64,000 nucleotides of DNA from Candidatus Latescibacterota bacterium (lineage in GTDB: Bacteria > Latescibacterota > UBA2968 > UBA8231), in the NCBI GenBank assembly GCA_965219385.1, contig CBDCNM010000002.1:2536936-2600935 (forward strand), given 5' to 3'. Under the pieces are notes generated by a model. It made no database searches. It had not been told where the DNA came from and was given only the letters and a program-made list of their open reading frames with translations. The position numbers and the translations under genes are program-made. This document shows positions 48,650 through 58,760 of the stretch, one piece after another (positions within the stretch are counted from its first letter, which is position 1; each line of letters opens with the position of its first letter).

Positions 48650-51208
48650 GTGACTTTTGCCGTACCGGCCGGACCATCCCTAGCGACTCCTCCTAATCAG
48701 TAGACCACCCGCACCAGCCGGGTGAGCGTCTGATGACGGGCGTCTCCCTCCATCTCGATACGCAGGATATAATGACCCGGCGGCACCCGCCGGCCGCTCC
48801 CATCGCGACCGTCCCAGACAAACGCCTGCGGGCCGGCCATCCCTTCCTTTTCCTGCGCCCACACTCGCCGGCCCGAAAGGTCGAACAGGCGCAGCCGCAA
48901 GGGCCGGCCCTCCAGCACGTTGACCAGGTCCACCCCGACCACCAGCGCGTCGTTGTGGCCGTCGCCGTTGGGAGTGAGTACGCCGGACTGCACCGACAGG
49001 TTGGCAAAGAGGTCGTTACCCAGGGGCAGCCCCACGACGTTGGTGCTGCTCTCGACCTGGTCGGTCGCATCGCCCGCCTCCACCCGCTGCCGCACCGGCT
49101 CGGTTAGCGCGCTGTTTTCCAGGAAGGCGTCGAAGCGGGTGCCGTGGACATACACCGCCCCCTCGAAGCGCAGTTCGACCAGTTCGCCGGCGCGCACCGG
49201 GCGCGGGAACCGCACCTTGAAGTCGGGTTCCCGGGGTTCTATCTCCACGGCCACCGGCTCGCCGTCGAGCCGGGCTTGGACAAAGTGCAGCGGGGTCGAG
49301 GCTTCCACTGCCACGCGATCAAATCCCGCCGCCGTGGAGGCCGCCTGGAGAAAATAAGAGAACGCCTGCATCTTCCCTGGCTCCACCTGGATGGGAAAGA
49401 CCTCGCCGACGACCCCCTCGGCCAGGGGATCGGAAAAGTCCAGGCTCAGCCGCTCCAGCGCGGCGGCGGCCTGCCCATCTTCGGAGATCAGGCGTACTTC
49501 CAACTGGGCGTAGCGCCGCAGCGACGGCGACAGAAAGCCCTGGCCCGACGCCCAGTAGAGTCGGCTCCAGGGACTCCAGTCATCCCCCACACTGAAAGCG
49601 GTGTCGACGGGACCGCGGAAGCTGGGAATCAGCCGGTTCCACACCTTTTCGGTGACTTCCTTGCCGTTTTTGTCGCGAAAGATGTACTCTTCCCTGAGGG
49701 CGTTGCCGCTGCGGCTGCGGATTTCCAGGCGGGTACCTGCCGGCGTATCCCCCCGCCAGTTCAGAGCATTGACATTTTTCTGGCCCTCCATATCGAGGAT
49801 GGGCGAGCGCAGGCTGACCTGGCGCGGATAGCCTTCCCCGAAGACGAAAAGCTCTTCCGTAAGACCATCGGCATTGCAGGCAGCGATGGCTGTGCCTAGT
49901 CTGTCCCCGCCGCCCGCATCCTCGGCGCAGGTGGCATCCCAGATCTTCCACTGCACGCGGACGAACCGGGTGGCCTGAAGTGGGAAGAGATGGTCGACCA
50001 CTCCCTGCCGGCGGTTGGTGGTCGAGGGCCAGCCCGAAAAGTGCTTCTGCCAGCGCAGGGTGCCGTCGGGCGAAAACGAGCCGTCCGAGGTCAGGATCTC
50101 GTAGAAGTTGAAGTCGAAGAATTCGCGCAGCTGGAACCATGGCATGTTCGCGCGCCACGGGGCAGTGGAGACGATACTGGCCAGGCGTATCATATCCACC
50201 CCGTACACAGCCCCCAGATCGAGCGTGATATGGGCGAAAATATCGGCCGCGCCGCGCGGCACTACGACAGTATGCCAGAACGTGTTGAGATTACCGTCGA
50301 TCAGCCTGGAAGCACCGGCCAGGGGAATATTGTTGCCCTCACTACCTAAGTTGATATCCACCGTGCCACCCCGCTCCATGAGCCCCAGGGTCAGATTGTC
50401 CCCCCAGGCTTCCACCTCCACTTCCGTCAGTCGCGCTTCCGCATCGGCTCTGAGCACCTGCAGGCGCACGAACTGAACCATTGCCTCCCGTGGATCTTCC
50501 AGCTCAAAGAGGACGCGGTGCTGGTCGTTTTCCTTGAAGCGCTGCTCAACCCGGTAGACCAGCGGCGCATCCGGCAAGGGTACCAGGGCATTGTCCAGCG
50601 TCCGCTCTCCGTTTGACAGGAAGAGGTCGAAAATCTCGAATGGGGGGGCGTTCTCATCGAAGCGCAGGCGGATCTGCCGCACCAGCACGACGCGCCCCAG
50701 ATCCAGCTCAATCCACTTTTCCTCGGCTGGATCGTCGGGAACCGGGCGCCAGCCGGTCGTGCCGTCCCCGTCCATCACCCACGCTGCATCCCCCAGGTTG
50801 GAACCGGCACCGACAATGCCGCCGCCAAACTGGGTCGCATTGCGGACGGCGTTGATGTTCTTGCGCGCCGGCACCGGACGGATAACGCCTGCCCGGGTCA
50901 CTTCGACCGCGCCCAGCGGCAGCGCCCACTGCCGCCATTCTCTGGCGGTGTCGAAGCGCAACTGTTCGGCGCCCGATCCGGCCGCCAGCAAAAGCAGCAC
51001 CCCGGCACTCCGCAGGAGCACCGGTAGCATTTTCTGGCCAGAAGACCTGTCAGGTACATTCTTCAAGTGCCGTCCCTCCGGTAGCGATCAGCGGGTTTAT
51101 TTCAGATGCGACGGTCAACGCCCGTGGGGTTCATCGCACGCCCCATTGGCGACCCATCGGTCCTGCCTTCAATTTATTTTGCCGCCCCTGCTCTATCAAG
51201 TAAAATCT
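48650..51208. repeat. ~2.55-kb direct repeat, copy 1
   Basis: Aligns to 52606-55159 (offset 3956, then 3953 after a 3-nt indel); alternative-frame ORFs in the track are identical between copies outside four patches. Confidence 0.97.
48697..51066 (-). CDS. secreted double-discoidin(F5/8/CBM32-like) + FlgD-Ig protein, variant A, 789 aa
   Basis: GGAGGG SD before TTG; signal peptide; VMDGDGTTGW..ELDLG and LIDGNLNTFW..LDLG; LTPNGDGHND...WDGRDGSGRRVPPGHY...LVRVVY*. Confidence 0.9.
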   Translation of the reverse strand: MKNVPDRSSGQKMLPVLLRSAGVLLLLAAGSGAEQLRFDTAREWRQWALPLGAVEVTRAGVIRPVPARKNINAVRNATQFGGGIVGAGSNLGDAAWVMDGDGTTGWRPVPDDPAEEKWIELDLGRVVLVRQIRLRFDENAPPFEIFDLFLSNGERTLDNALVPLPDAPLVYRVEQRFKENDQHRVLFELEDPREAMVQFVRLQVLRADAEARLTEVEVEAWGDNLTLGLMERGGTVDINLGSEGNNIPLAGASRLIDGNLNTFWHTVVVPRGAADIFAHITLDLGAVYGVDMIRLASIVSTAPWRANMPWFQLREFFDFNFYEILTSDGSFSPDGTLRWQKHFSGWPSTTNRRQGVVDHLFPLQATRFVRVQWKIWDATCAEDAGGGDRLGTAIAACNADGLTEELFVFGEGYPRQVSLRSPILDMEGQKNVNALNWRGDTPAGTRLEIRSRSGNALREEYIFRDKNGKEVTEKVWNRLIPSFRGPVDTAFSVGDDWSPWSRLYWASGQGFLSPSLRRYAQLEVRLISEDGQAAAALERLSLDFSDPLAEGVVGEVFPIQVEPGKMQAFSYFLQAASTAAGFDRVAVEASTPLHFVQARLDGEPVAVEIEPREPDFKVRFPRPVRAGELVELRFEGAVYVHGTRFDAFLENSALTEPVRQRVEAGDATDQVESSTNVVGLPLGNDLFANLSVQSGVLTPNGDGHNDALVVGVDLVNVLEGRPLRLRLFDLSGRRVWAQEKEGMAGPQAFVWDGRDGSGRRVPPGHYILRIEMEGDARHQTLTRLVRVVY

Positions 51209-52606
51209 CCTCCGCTTCCTTGAGGAAGCGCGTGATCTCCGGAATATCGTCGTAGTCGGTGGACCAGAGGTAGGGCGTGTCGCCGTTGGCGGCTCGCACG
51301 CCCAGATCGGCACCCTTTTCCACCAGGAGGCGGACCATGTCCAGGTCCCCTTTTTCCACGGCTCTATGCAAGGCTGCCGTGCCCTCGTCCCACGACCCCC
51401 AGAAACCGGGCACGATGGCGTCGATATGCGCGCCCCGCTCCAGCAGGTACTCCACTGCTTCCCGGCCGCCTTTCCACACGGCGTAGATCAGGTCGTAGCG
51501 CACCCCGAGCCACTTGGGCTGCTCGGCTTGGGCTACAAGGTCCAGCACCCTCGTCGAATCCAGGGTGATGGCATTGGGATCGGCGCCCCGCTCCAGCAGC
51601 AACCGGGTTAATTCCACGATGTTGGCAGGCAGGGGCACTCGCTGGGGCTGTCCGGCCACGTGGTGCAGCAAGGTGGCACCGCGAAAGTGCGGGAATGGGT
51701 AATACTCGTCCAGATAGCCGTGTGCATGCACCACCTCGGGATGTTCCCCGAGCAATGCCTCCAACCCTTTGGCATCCCCTTTATCCAGCCTTTCCACCGC
51801 CGCGTAGAAAGCCGGGTGTTCCGCGTCGCGTCTCTCTTTCACCTGTACCTGGGGCGGCAGTTGCTCTCCTTCTCTGGGAAGGGTCAGGGCCACCAGCCCA
51901 TTCGGCCGTTCCTCTCCGTCACCCATGGGCACTACCACATATTGCCGACCGCCGGCCCTATACGAGATGGGCGCCGCGCTGACAGCGCCGGGCAAGGGAA
52001 CGCTGCCCACTTAACCGGATGACCGAAGGCATCGAGCGCGACGCTACATAGAGCATCTTCTTTCCAGGGTGGAAGGCCGCACCGGCCCAGTCCGCCTCAC
52101 CCAGAAAGCCGGGCAAAACGATTGTGCCCTTTTCCGATGGTGGGGTGTAGAGGGGACCGTACTCGTAGTCTTTGATGATGTGCAAAGCCTGCTGGCGCAG
52201 CTCGGGCGTGAAGTCGATCAGGTCGTCCAGTTGCAGCCCCTGGCGGTCAAAGGGCAGCGGCCAGGTCGGGAAGGGTTGGGTAGGGGCGGCCTTTTCCACC
52301 TTGGAGGCGGGCACGGGCAATTCCACTATGGGCCACACAGGATCGCCCGTCACCCGGTCAAACACAAAGCAGAATGCCTGCTTGGTCACCTGGACCACCG
52401 CCTTGATGGGCTTGCCTTCCACCCTCGATGTCCACCAGCACCGGGACCGCCGGCGGGTCGTAGTCCCACAACCCGTGATGGGCTATCTGGAAGTGCCACA
52501 CCCGCCGCCCAGTCTCGGCCTCCAGACAGACAATGCTGTCGCCGAAGAGATTGTCACCGGGCCGTTCGCCCCCGTAATAGTCATTGCTCGGCGTGCTCAC
52601 CGGCAG
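51174..52606 (-). pseudogene. fragmented PQQ-dependent dehydrogenase (Gcd-like) with C-terminal ankyrin repeats
   Basis: [52 protein letters not shown] spread over three frames; then GATLLH, LLERGADPN, ALHRAV..GDLDMVRLLVEKGAD; 5' half missing. Confidence 0.85.
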
Positions 52607-55159
52607 TGACTATTGCCGTACCGGCCGGACCATCCCTAGCGACTCCTCCTAATCAGTAGACCACCCGCACCAGCCGGGTGAGCGTCTGATGACGGGCGTC
52701 TCCCTCCATCTCGATACGCAGGATATAATGACCCGGCGGCACCCGCCGGCCGCTCCCATCGCGACCGTCCCAGACAAACGCCTGCGGGCCGGCCATCCCT
52801 TCCTTTTCCTGCGCCCACACTCGCCGGCCCGAAAGGTCGAACAGGCGCAGCCGCAAGGGCCGGCCCTCCAGCACGTTGACCAGGTCCACCCCGACCACCA
52901 GCGCGTCGTTGTGGCCGTCGCCGTTGGGAGTGAGTACGCCGGACTGCACCGACAGGTTGGCAAAGAGGTCGTTACCCAGGGGCAGCCCCACGACGTTGGT
53001 GCTGCTCTCGACCTGGTCGGTCGCATCGCCCGCCTCCACCCGCTGCCGCACCGGCTCGGTTAGCGCGCTGTTTTCCAGGAAGGCGTCGAAGCGGGTGCCG
53101 TGGACATACACCGCCCCCTCGAAGCGCAGTTCGACCAGTTCGCCGGCGCGCACCGGGCGCGGGAACCGCACCTTGAAGTCGGGTTCCCGGGGTTCTATCT
53201 CCACGGCCACCGGCTCGCCGTCGAGCCGGGCTTGGACAAAGTGCAGCGGGGTCGAGGCTTCCACTGCCACGCGATCAAATCCCGCCGCCGTGGAGGCCGC
53301 CTGGAGAAAATAAGAGAACGCCTGCATCTTCCCTGGCTCCACCTGGATGGGAAAGACCTCGCCGACGACCCCCTCGGCCAGGGGATCGGAAAAGTCCAGG
53401 CTCAGCCGCTCCAGCGCGGCGGCGGCCTGCCCATCTTCGGAGATCAGGCGTACTTCCAACTGGGCGTAGCGCCGCAGCGACGGCGACAGAAAGCCCTGGC
53501 CCGACGCCCAGTAGAGTCGGCTCCAGGGACTCCAGTCATCCCCCACACTGAAAGCGGTGTCGACGGGACCGCGGAAGCTGGGAATCAGCCGGTTCCACAC
53601 CTTTTCGGTGACTTCCTTGCCGTTTTTGTCGCGAAAGATGTACTCTTCCCTGAGGGCGTTGCCGCTGCGGCTGCGGATTTCCAGGCGGGTACCTGCCGGC
53701 GTATCCCCCCGCCAGTTCAGAGCATTGACATTTTTCTGGCCCTCCATATCGAGGATGGGCGAGCGCAGGCTGACCTGGCGCGGATAGCCTTCCCCGAAGA
53801 CGAAAAGCTCTTCCGTAAGACCATCGGCATTGCAGGCAGCGATGGCGACGCCGAACGGGTCGTCGGCCACAGCCTCGGCGCAGGTGACATCCCAGATCTT
53901 CCACTGCACGCGGACGAACCGGGTGGCCTGAAGTGGGAAGAGATGGTCGACCACTCCCTGCCGGCGGTTGGTGGTCGAGGGCCAGCCCGAAAAGTGCTTC
54001 TGCCAGCGCAGGGTGCCGTCGGGCGAAAACGAGCCGTCCGAGGTCAGGATCTCGTAGAAGTTGAAGTCGAAGAATTCGTGCGTCCAGAACCATGGCATGT
54101 TCGCGCGCCACGGGGCAGTGGAGACGATACTGGCCAGGCGTATCATATCCACCCCGTACACAGCCCCCAGATCGAGCGTGATATGGGCGAAAATATCGGC
54201 CGCGCCGCGCGGCCGAACGAGAGTATGCCAGAACGTGTTAAGATTACCGTCGATCAGCCTGGAAGCACCGGCCAGGGGAAGATCGTGGCTCTCACTGCCT
54301 AAGTTGATATCCACCGTGCCACCCCGCTCCATGAGCCCCAGGGTCAGATTGTCCCCCCAGGCTTCCACCTCCACTTCCGTCAGTCGCGCTTCCGCATCGG
54401 CTCTGAGCACCTGCAGGCGCACGAACTGAACCATTGCCTCCCGTGGATCTTCCAGCTCAAAGAGGACGCGGTGCTGGTCGTTTTCCTTGAAGCGCTGCTC
54501 AACCCGGTAGACCAGCGGCGCATCCGGCAAGGGTACCAGGGCATTGTCCAGCGTCCGCTCTCCGTTTGACAGGAAGAGGTCGAAAATCTCGAATGGGGGG
54601 GCGTTCTCATCGAAGCGCAGGCGGATCTGCCGCACCAGCACGACGCGCCCCAGATCCAGCTCAATCCACTTTTCCTCGGCTGGATCGTCGGGAACCGGGC
54701 GCCAGCCGGTCGTGCCGTCCCCGTCCATCACCCACGCTGCATCCCCCAGGTTGGAACCGGCACCGACAATGCCGCCGCCAAACTGGGTCGCATTGCGGAC
54801 GGCGTTGATGTTCTTGCGCGCCGGCACCGGACGGATAACGCCTGCCCGGGTCACTTCGACCGCGCCCAGCGGCAGCGCCCACTGCCGCCATTCTCTGGCG
54901 GTGTCGAAGCGCAACTGTTCGGCGCCCGATCCGGCCGCCAGCAAAAGCAACACCCCGGCACTCCGCAGGAGCACCGGTAGCATTTTCTGGCCAGAAGACC
55001 TGTCAGGTACATTCTTCAAGTGCCATCCCTACGGTAGCGATCAGCGGGTTTATTTCAGATCGACGATGAACGCCCGTGGGCTTCATCGCACGCCCATTGG
55101 CGACCCATCGGTCCTACCTTCAATATACTTTGCCGCCCCTGCTCCATCCAGTAAAATCT
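52606..55159. repeat. ~2.55-kb direct repeat, copy 2
   Basis: See copy 1; includes the SD/ATG of a downstream gene stub (MVRPVRQ) and the 3' tip of the ankyrin ORF upstream. Confidence 0.97.
52653..55019 (-). CDS. secreted double-discoidin + FlgD-Ig protein, variant B, 788 aa
   Basis: Identical to variant A except ~17 substitutions and a 1-aa indel, all within the second discoidin-like domain. Confidence 0.9.
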   Translation of the reverse strand: MKNVPDRSSGQKMLPVLLRSAGVLLLLAAGSGAEQLRFDTAREWRQWALPLGAVEVTRAGVIRPVPARKNINAVRNATQFGGGIVGAGSNLGDAAWVMDGDGTTGWRPVPDDPAEEKWIELDLGRVVLVRQIRLRFDENAPPFEIFDLFLSNGERTLDNALVPLPDAPLVYRVEQRFKENDQHRVLFELEDPREAMVQFVRLQVLRADAEARLTEVEVEAWGDNLTLGLMERGGTVDINLGSESHDLPLAGASRLIDGNLNTFWHTLVRPRGAADIFAHITLDLGAVYGVDMIRLASIVSTAPWRANMPWFWTHEFFDFNFYEILTSDGSFSPDGTLRWQKHFSGWPSTTNRRQGVVDHLFPLQATRFVRVQWKIWDVTCAEAVADDPFGVAIAACNADGLTEELFVFGEGYPRQVSLRSPILDMEGQKNVNALNWRGDTPAGTRLEIRSRSGNALREEYIFRDKNGKEVTEKVWNRLIPSFRGPVDTAFSVGDDWSPWSRLYWASGQGFLSPSLRRYAQLEVRLISEDGQAAAALERLSLDFSDPLAEGVVGEVFPIQVEPGKMQAFSYFLQAASTAAGFDRVAVEASTPLHFVQARLDGEPVAVEIEPREPDFKVRFPRPVRAGELVELRFEGAVYVHGTRFDAFLENSALTEPVRQRVEAGDATDQVESSTNVVGLPLGNDLFANLSVQSGVLTPNGDGHNDALVVGVDLVNVLEGRPLRLRLFDLSGRRVWAQEKEGMAGPQAFVWDGRDGSGRRVPPGHYILRIEMEGDARHQTLTRLVRVVY

Positions 55160-55574
55160 GCTGACGGGAAAAATCCTGAAACCGCCTCTATATAATGACC
55201 TGCCAATCCGTCTTTGGTGGTGTAGTCGACAAACTCATTTCTATTTTTCAAAGTTGATACTGCAATTCCCTTCTCTGTCGACCTGGATCAATGTACTTGT
55301 TTACCGGGTTGACAGTAAAATCCAGGATCTGCTGGCCGCAGAAGATCCGCAGAAACAGTTCGAGCAGGTGGTCCAATTGCTCGAAAAGCATGCCACCACC
55401 CTGCGACCGTCTTCAAAGCACATGGTGGGCCGGGATCTGGGACGTTTGGAGTCCACGCCGGGGCTAAAATACAGAGCTACCGGTTGACAAAAGGAGGAGC
55501 AAAACGGACACATCGCCTTTGTCAAGAACAAAAAATTTGATCATCGAGTTTATAATTCCTATACTTTCCACGGG

Positions 55575-55890
55575 ATGCACCAGTTGGCCAAAGCGCGGCG
55601 GGGAGCGCTGGTGGTCCTGCCGGGGCGCGAGCCGGTGGAGCGGCATTTGCAGGGCGGCGTCTTTTTGGATGCGTCGATCAGCGAGGAGCTCCTCGACAGC
55701 CTCTTCGACCCCGGCTCGGCCGGGCACGACGGCGCGCTGGTGATGCGTGACAATAGGCTCGAGCGCTTTGCGGTGCACTTCGGGGCGGCGGACCTTTGCG
55801 GTGGCGCCCGAGTTGGTGCGGCACGAGACCGATTTGCAGATCGTCGGCGTCAAGCCGGCGAAAGTGCGGCTGGCAGTGAGCAAAGAATAG
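55575..55890 (+). pseudogene. diadenylate cyclase (DisA_N/CdaA-like) remnant
   Basis: RRGALVVL...LLDSLFDPGSAGHDGALVM (DGA motif); RHR motif and the rest deleted; joined out of frame to a YbbR-like tail (VGVKPAKVRLAVSKE*). Confidence 0.75.
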
Positions 55891-55902
55891 GAGGAGGCAA
55901 CG

Positions 55903-56895
55903 ATGAAAATCGCCCTGCACGACGCCGGCGGCGAGGAGCATTTGCAGTTTATGCGCCAGTTGGGCGTCGAATACGTGGTCAGCGCGATCGGTCCGGGGGA
56001 GTCCGGGGCGCTAGAAGTTGACGAACTCAAACGCAAAAAGGAGTACTTCGCCGAGTATGGCCTCATTTGGGACGTAATCGAGAATTTATCTCCCGGGATT
56101 TACTATAAGGTGATGCTCGGCGAGGAAGGGCGCGAGGAACAGATGGACCGGGTCTGCGCGTCGATCCGTGCGGTGGGCGAGGCGGGTATCGGCGTGCTCC
56201 AATACCAGTGGATGCTCCTGGGGGGATTGCGGACCGAGTACAGTCCCACGGGCAGGGGCGGATCGCGCTACCCGCGCTTCGATCTGGAGGTCGCCGAGCG
56301 GATGCCGGCGGCGGCGATGGCCTGGCTCGGCGGCGGGGTCTACCCGACGGTGCCCGACCGCGAGCTAAGCGCGGAGCAGGTGTGGGACAATCTGCGCTAT
56401 TTCCTCGCACGGGCGGTGCCGGTGGCCGAGGAAGCCGGGGTCAAGCTGGCGGCCCACCCCGACGACCCGCCGGTGCCGACCTATATGGGCGTGGCGCGGA
56501 TCCTGGTCGACTGGGACGGCTTGCAAGGCTGTGTCGACGCGGTGCCCAGTTCCAACTCCGGGTTGGGCTTTTGCATGGGCACGATCGGGACGATGGCCGA
56601 TATGGATGTGGTACAGGCCATCCGCCACTTTGGCGGCATGGACCGGATTTTCTTCGCCCACTTTCGCAACCCGCGGGGACAGGTGCCCTATTTCGACGAG
56701 GTTTTTCCCGACGAGGGCGATATCGATATGGTCCAGGCGGTGCAGGCCTTCGCCGAGGTCGGTTTCGACGGGGTCATCCGCATCGACCACTGTCCAGGGG
56801 TCGTCGGCGACAATCCGCAGGCCGACCGCTCCTTTGCCTTTCAAGTGGGGTATTTGCAGGGGTTAGTGCAGGCGTTGGAAAGGTTGGGGAATTAG
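55903..56895 (+). CDS. mannonate dehydratase (UxuA) family protein, 330 aa
   Basis: WDNLRYFLARAVPVAEEAGVKLAAHPDDPP, GFCMGT, FAHFRN, F.DEGDIDM, RIDH; GGAGG SD. Confidence 0.9.
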   Translation: MKIALHDAGGEEHLQFMRQLGVEYVVSAIGPGESGALEVDELKRKKEYFAEYGLIWDVIENLSPGIYYKVMLGEEGREEQMDRVCASIRAVGEAGIGVLQYQWMLLGGLRTEYSPTGRGGSRYPRFDLEVAERMPAAAMAWLGGGVYPTVPDRELSAEQVWDNLRYFLARAVPVAEEAGVKLAAHPDDPPVPTYMGVARILVDWDGLQGCVDAVPSSNSGLGFCMGTIGTMADMDVVQAIRHFGGMDRIFFAHFRNPRGQVPYFDEVFPDEGDIDMVQAVQAFAEVGFDGVIRIDHCPGVVGDNPQADRSFAFQVGYLQGLVQALERLGN

Positions 56896-56897
56896 CT

Positions 56898-57611
56898 ATG
56901 TATATCGCGTTGAGCGTGGAATACGGACGGGACGACCAGCTGATTTTCGCGCAGCAACTCGGGGTCGACCACGTGGTGGTGGCGGTGGAGCACTGGGACG
57001 ATGAGACCTTGGCGCACGTCAAAAACAGGGTCGAGAAGTCGACCTTGAGGCTAGCGGGTCTGGAGGGTCTGGCGCTGGGGGATGAGGATGCGGCGAGTGC
57101 GGCGTTGCAAGCGGCGGGGGCGGCGGGTATCGGGCTGGTGGCCGCCCGGCGCAATGCGGTCGGTGCCCGCGAGCCAGAGGGTCGGGGTGCGGCGCTGGTA
57201 GGGCCGCTGGCGCGAGCCGAGGTCGATGCGAGCGCGCTGGGGGGGATCCTATCCGCTGCCGAAGCGGCCGGGGTGCGACTAGCGCTGGGGGAAGATGTAG
57301 AAGGGGCGGGCATCGATCTGGATCTGGCGGCGGTGGGCGCCGCCGACCCGATCGCACTCATTCAAGGATACGGCGAGCGGCTGCTGATGGTGCAGGCGGG
57401 CAATGTCGCTGCGGGTCGCGAGGCCTTTCTCAACGAGGGTGAGGTTGATCTGCCCGGGGCGCTGCTGGCGTTGCGCCGGGCCGGTTTCGCCGGGCCGCTG
57501 CGCGCGGTGCCGCCGCCCGGTCTGGTCGGGGACACCGAGTGGGGGCACAAGGGCCGGGCGTATGACCTGGGGTATTTGAAGGCGGTGTTGCAAACGATAG
57601 AATCTCTATAG
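56898..57611 (+). CDS. divergent, shortened UxuA-like TIM-barrel protein, ~237 aa
   Basis: QQLGVDHVV, EAAGVRLAL, AFLNEGEVDL, GRAYDLGYLKAVL align with the neighbour; HPDDPP and HFR motifs absent. Confidence 0.7.
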   Translation: MYIALSVEYGRDDQLIFAQQLGVDHVVVAVEHWDDETLAHVKNRVEKSTLRLAGLEGLALGDEDAASAALQAAGAAGIGLVAARRNAVGAREPEGRGAALVGPLARAEVDASALGGILSAAEAAGVRLALGEDVEGAGIDLDLAAVGAADPIALIQGYGERLLMVQAGNVAAGREAFLNEGEVDLPGALLALRRAGFAGPLRAVPPPGLVGDTEWGHKGRAYDLGYLKAVLQTIESL

Positions 57612-57660
57612 ATAGAACATTTTTCAAACGCTGTCGGGCGAAATGCCGGACGGAGGAGGA

Positions 57661-58614
57661 ATGCGCATCTCCGGGACGCTGCTGATGAGGCGGAATCCTT
57701 TCTGGAGCGGCCTGGCGCTCCTGCCCTTTGTCGTCTCGTCTGCCCTGGCGCAGGAGGAAATAGTCGCAACCACCCCGGCCGGCACCCGACACGAGATGGT
57801 CCTGGTGCCGGCCGAGACCTTCGCGATGGGATCGGCCAGCGGCAAAAGCGACGAGGTGCCGGTCCATCCAGTTTACCTGGACGCCTATTACATCGACAAG
57901 TTCGAGGTGACCAACGCCCACTACGTGGGCTTCCTCAACGCCATCGGCAGGAATGCCGACGCCCGGGGATACCAATTGGTGGACCTGAGCGACCTCGACG
58001 CGCAGATCCAGCGCTCCGGCAATGCCTTCGCCCTCAAACTCCCCTCCTGCGCCGCCCTGCCGGTGGTCGAAGTTTCCTGGTACGGGGCGCGGGCTTACTG
58101 CGAGTGGGCCGGCCTGCACCTGCCCACGGAGGCGGAGTGGGAAAAGGCCGCCCGCGGCACCGACGGACGGACCTACCCCTGGGGAGAGGAAATCGACCGC
58201 TCCAGAGCCAATTACGGGGCGGAAAGATGCTGCCGGGGGGACGATCGGGACGGGTACTTCGCCGCCGCGCCCGTGGGCAGCTATCCCGGCGGGGTATCCC
58301 CCTACGGGGCCTATGATATGGCGGGGAACGTGTGGGAGCTGGTGATGGACTGGTACAGCGCCGACTATTACGCCAGCGTCGAGGCGGGCCACAACCCGAC
58401 AGGTCCGGCAAGCGGCGCCTTCCGGGTGATTCGCGGGGGTTCGTGGAGCAGCCGATCTTTCCGCCTGCGGACCTCGGAGCGGGGCGGGAACATCCCCGAA
58501 CTCACCTATGTTCTCATCGGCTTCCGCTGCGCCGGCGATGGACGGGCAGTCCCCTCTACCGGGATTGCGCCACAGAGCTGGGGCCGGGTAAAGTCCCAAG
58601 TGAAAGAAGAGTAG
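57661..58614 (+). CDS. FGE/SUMF1-fold exported protein with C-terminal SWGxxK tail
   Basis: MVLVPA..FAMGS, EVPVHPV.L..YYIDKFEVTN, LPTEAEWEKAARG, DMAGNVWE, RGGSW, IGFRCA; ends STGIAPQSWGRVKSQVKEE. Confidence 0.88.
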   Translation: MRISGTLLMRRNPFWSGLALLPFVVSSALAQEEIVATTPAGTRHEMVLVPAETFAMGSASGKSDEVPVHPVYLDAYYIDKFEVTNAHYVGFLNAIGRNADARGYQLVDLSDLDAQIQRSGNAFALKLPSCAALPVVEVSWYGARAYCEWAGLHLPTEAEWEKAARGTDGRTYPWGEEIDRSRANYGAERCCRGDDRDGYFAAAPVGSYPGGVSPYGAYDMAGNVWELVMDWYSADYYASVEAGHNPTGPASGAFRVIRGGSWSSRSFRLRTSERGGNIPELTYVLIGFRCAGDGRAVPSTGIAPQSWGRVKSQVKEE

Positions 58615-58629
58615 CCGCCCCAACTTGCC

Positions 58630-58760
58630 GCCTTTGTCCGCCAATCGTCGCCAGTGTATGGCGCAGAGGATCTATCCCACCCGGAACGACAGTCTCGGAA
58701 TCGCTCTCTTCAGTCGCGGCAGCGCCTCAGTAAGGTGTCTGGATGCCTGGGATATGGCCG
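58630..58760 (+). pseudogene. glycoside hydrolase family 32 C-terminal fragment
   Basis: ANRRQCMAQRIYPTRNDSLGIALFSRG..VRCLDAWDM resembles the GH32 beta-sandwich terminus. Confidence 0.6.

Noticed and set aside
49891..54297. Classical diversity-generating retroelement (TR/VR) as the source of the loop variation
   Set aside because: No reverse transcriptase or separate template in the window; both copies are full genes; only about half of the differences involve an A on the coding strand; many adenines between patches are invariant; there is a 3-nt indel and a ~455-bp span. A remote DGR cannot be fully excluded.
42468..58614. FGE-fold (CLec) genes as DGR targets
   Set aside because: Their C-termini have the GGSW...GFRC frame typical of DGR targets, but I found no second copy of either 3' region and no RT.
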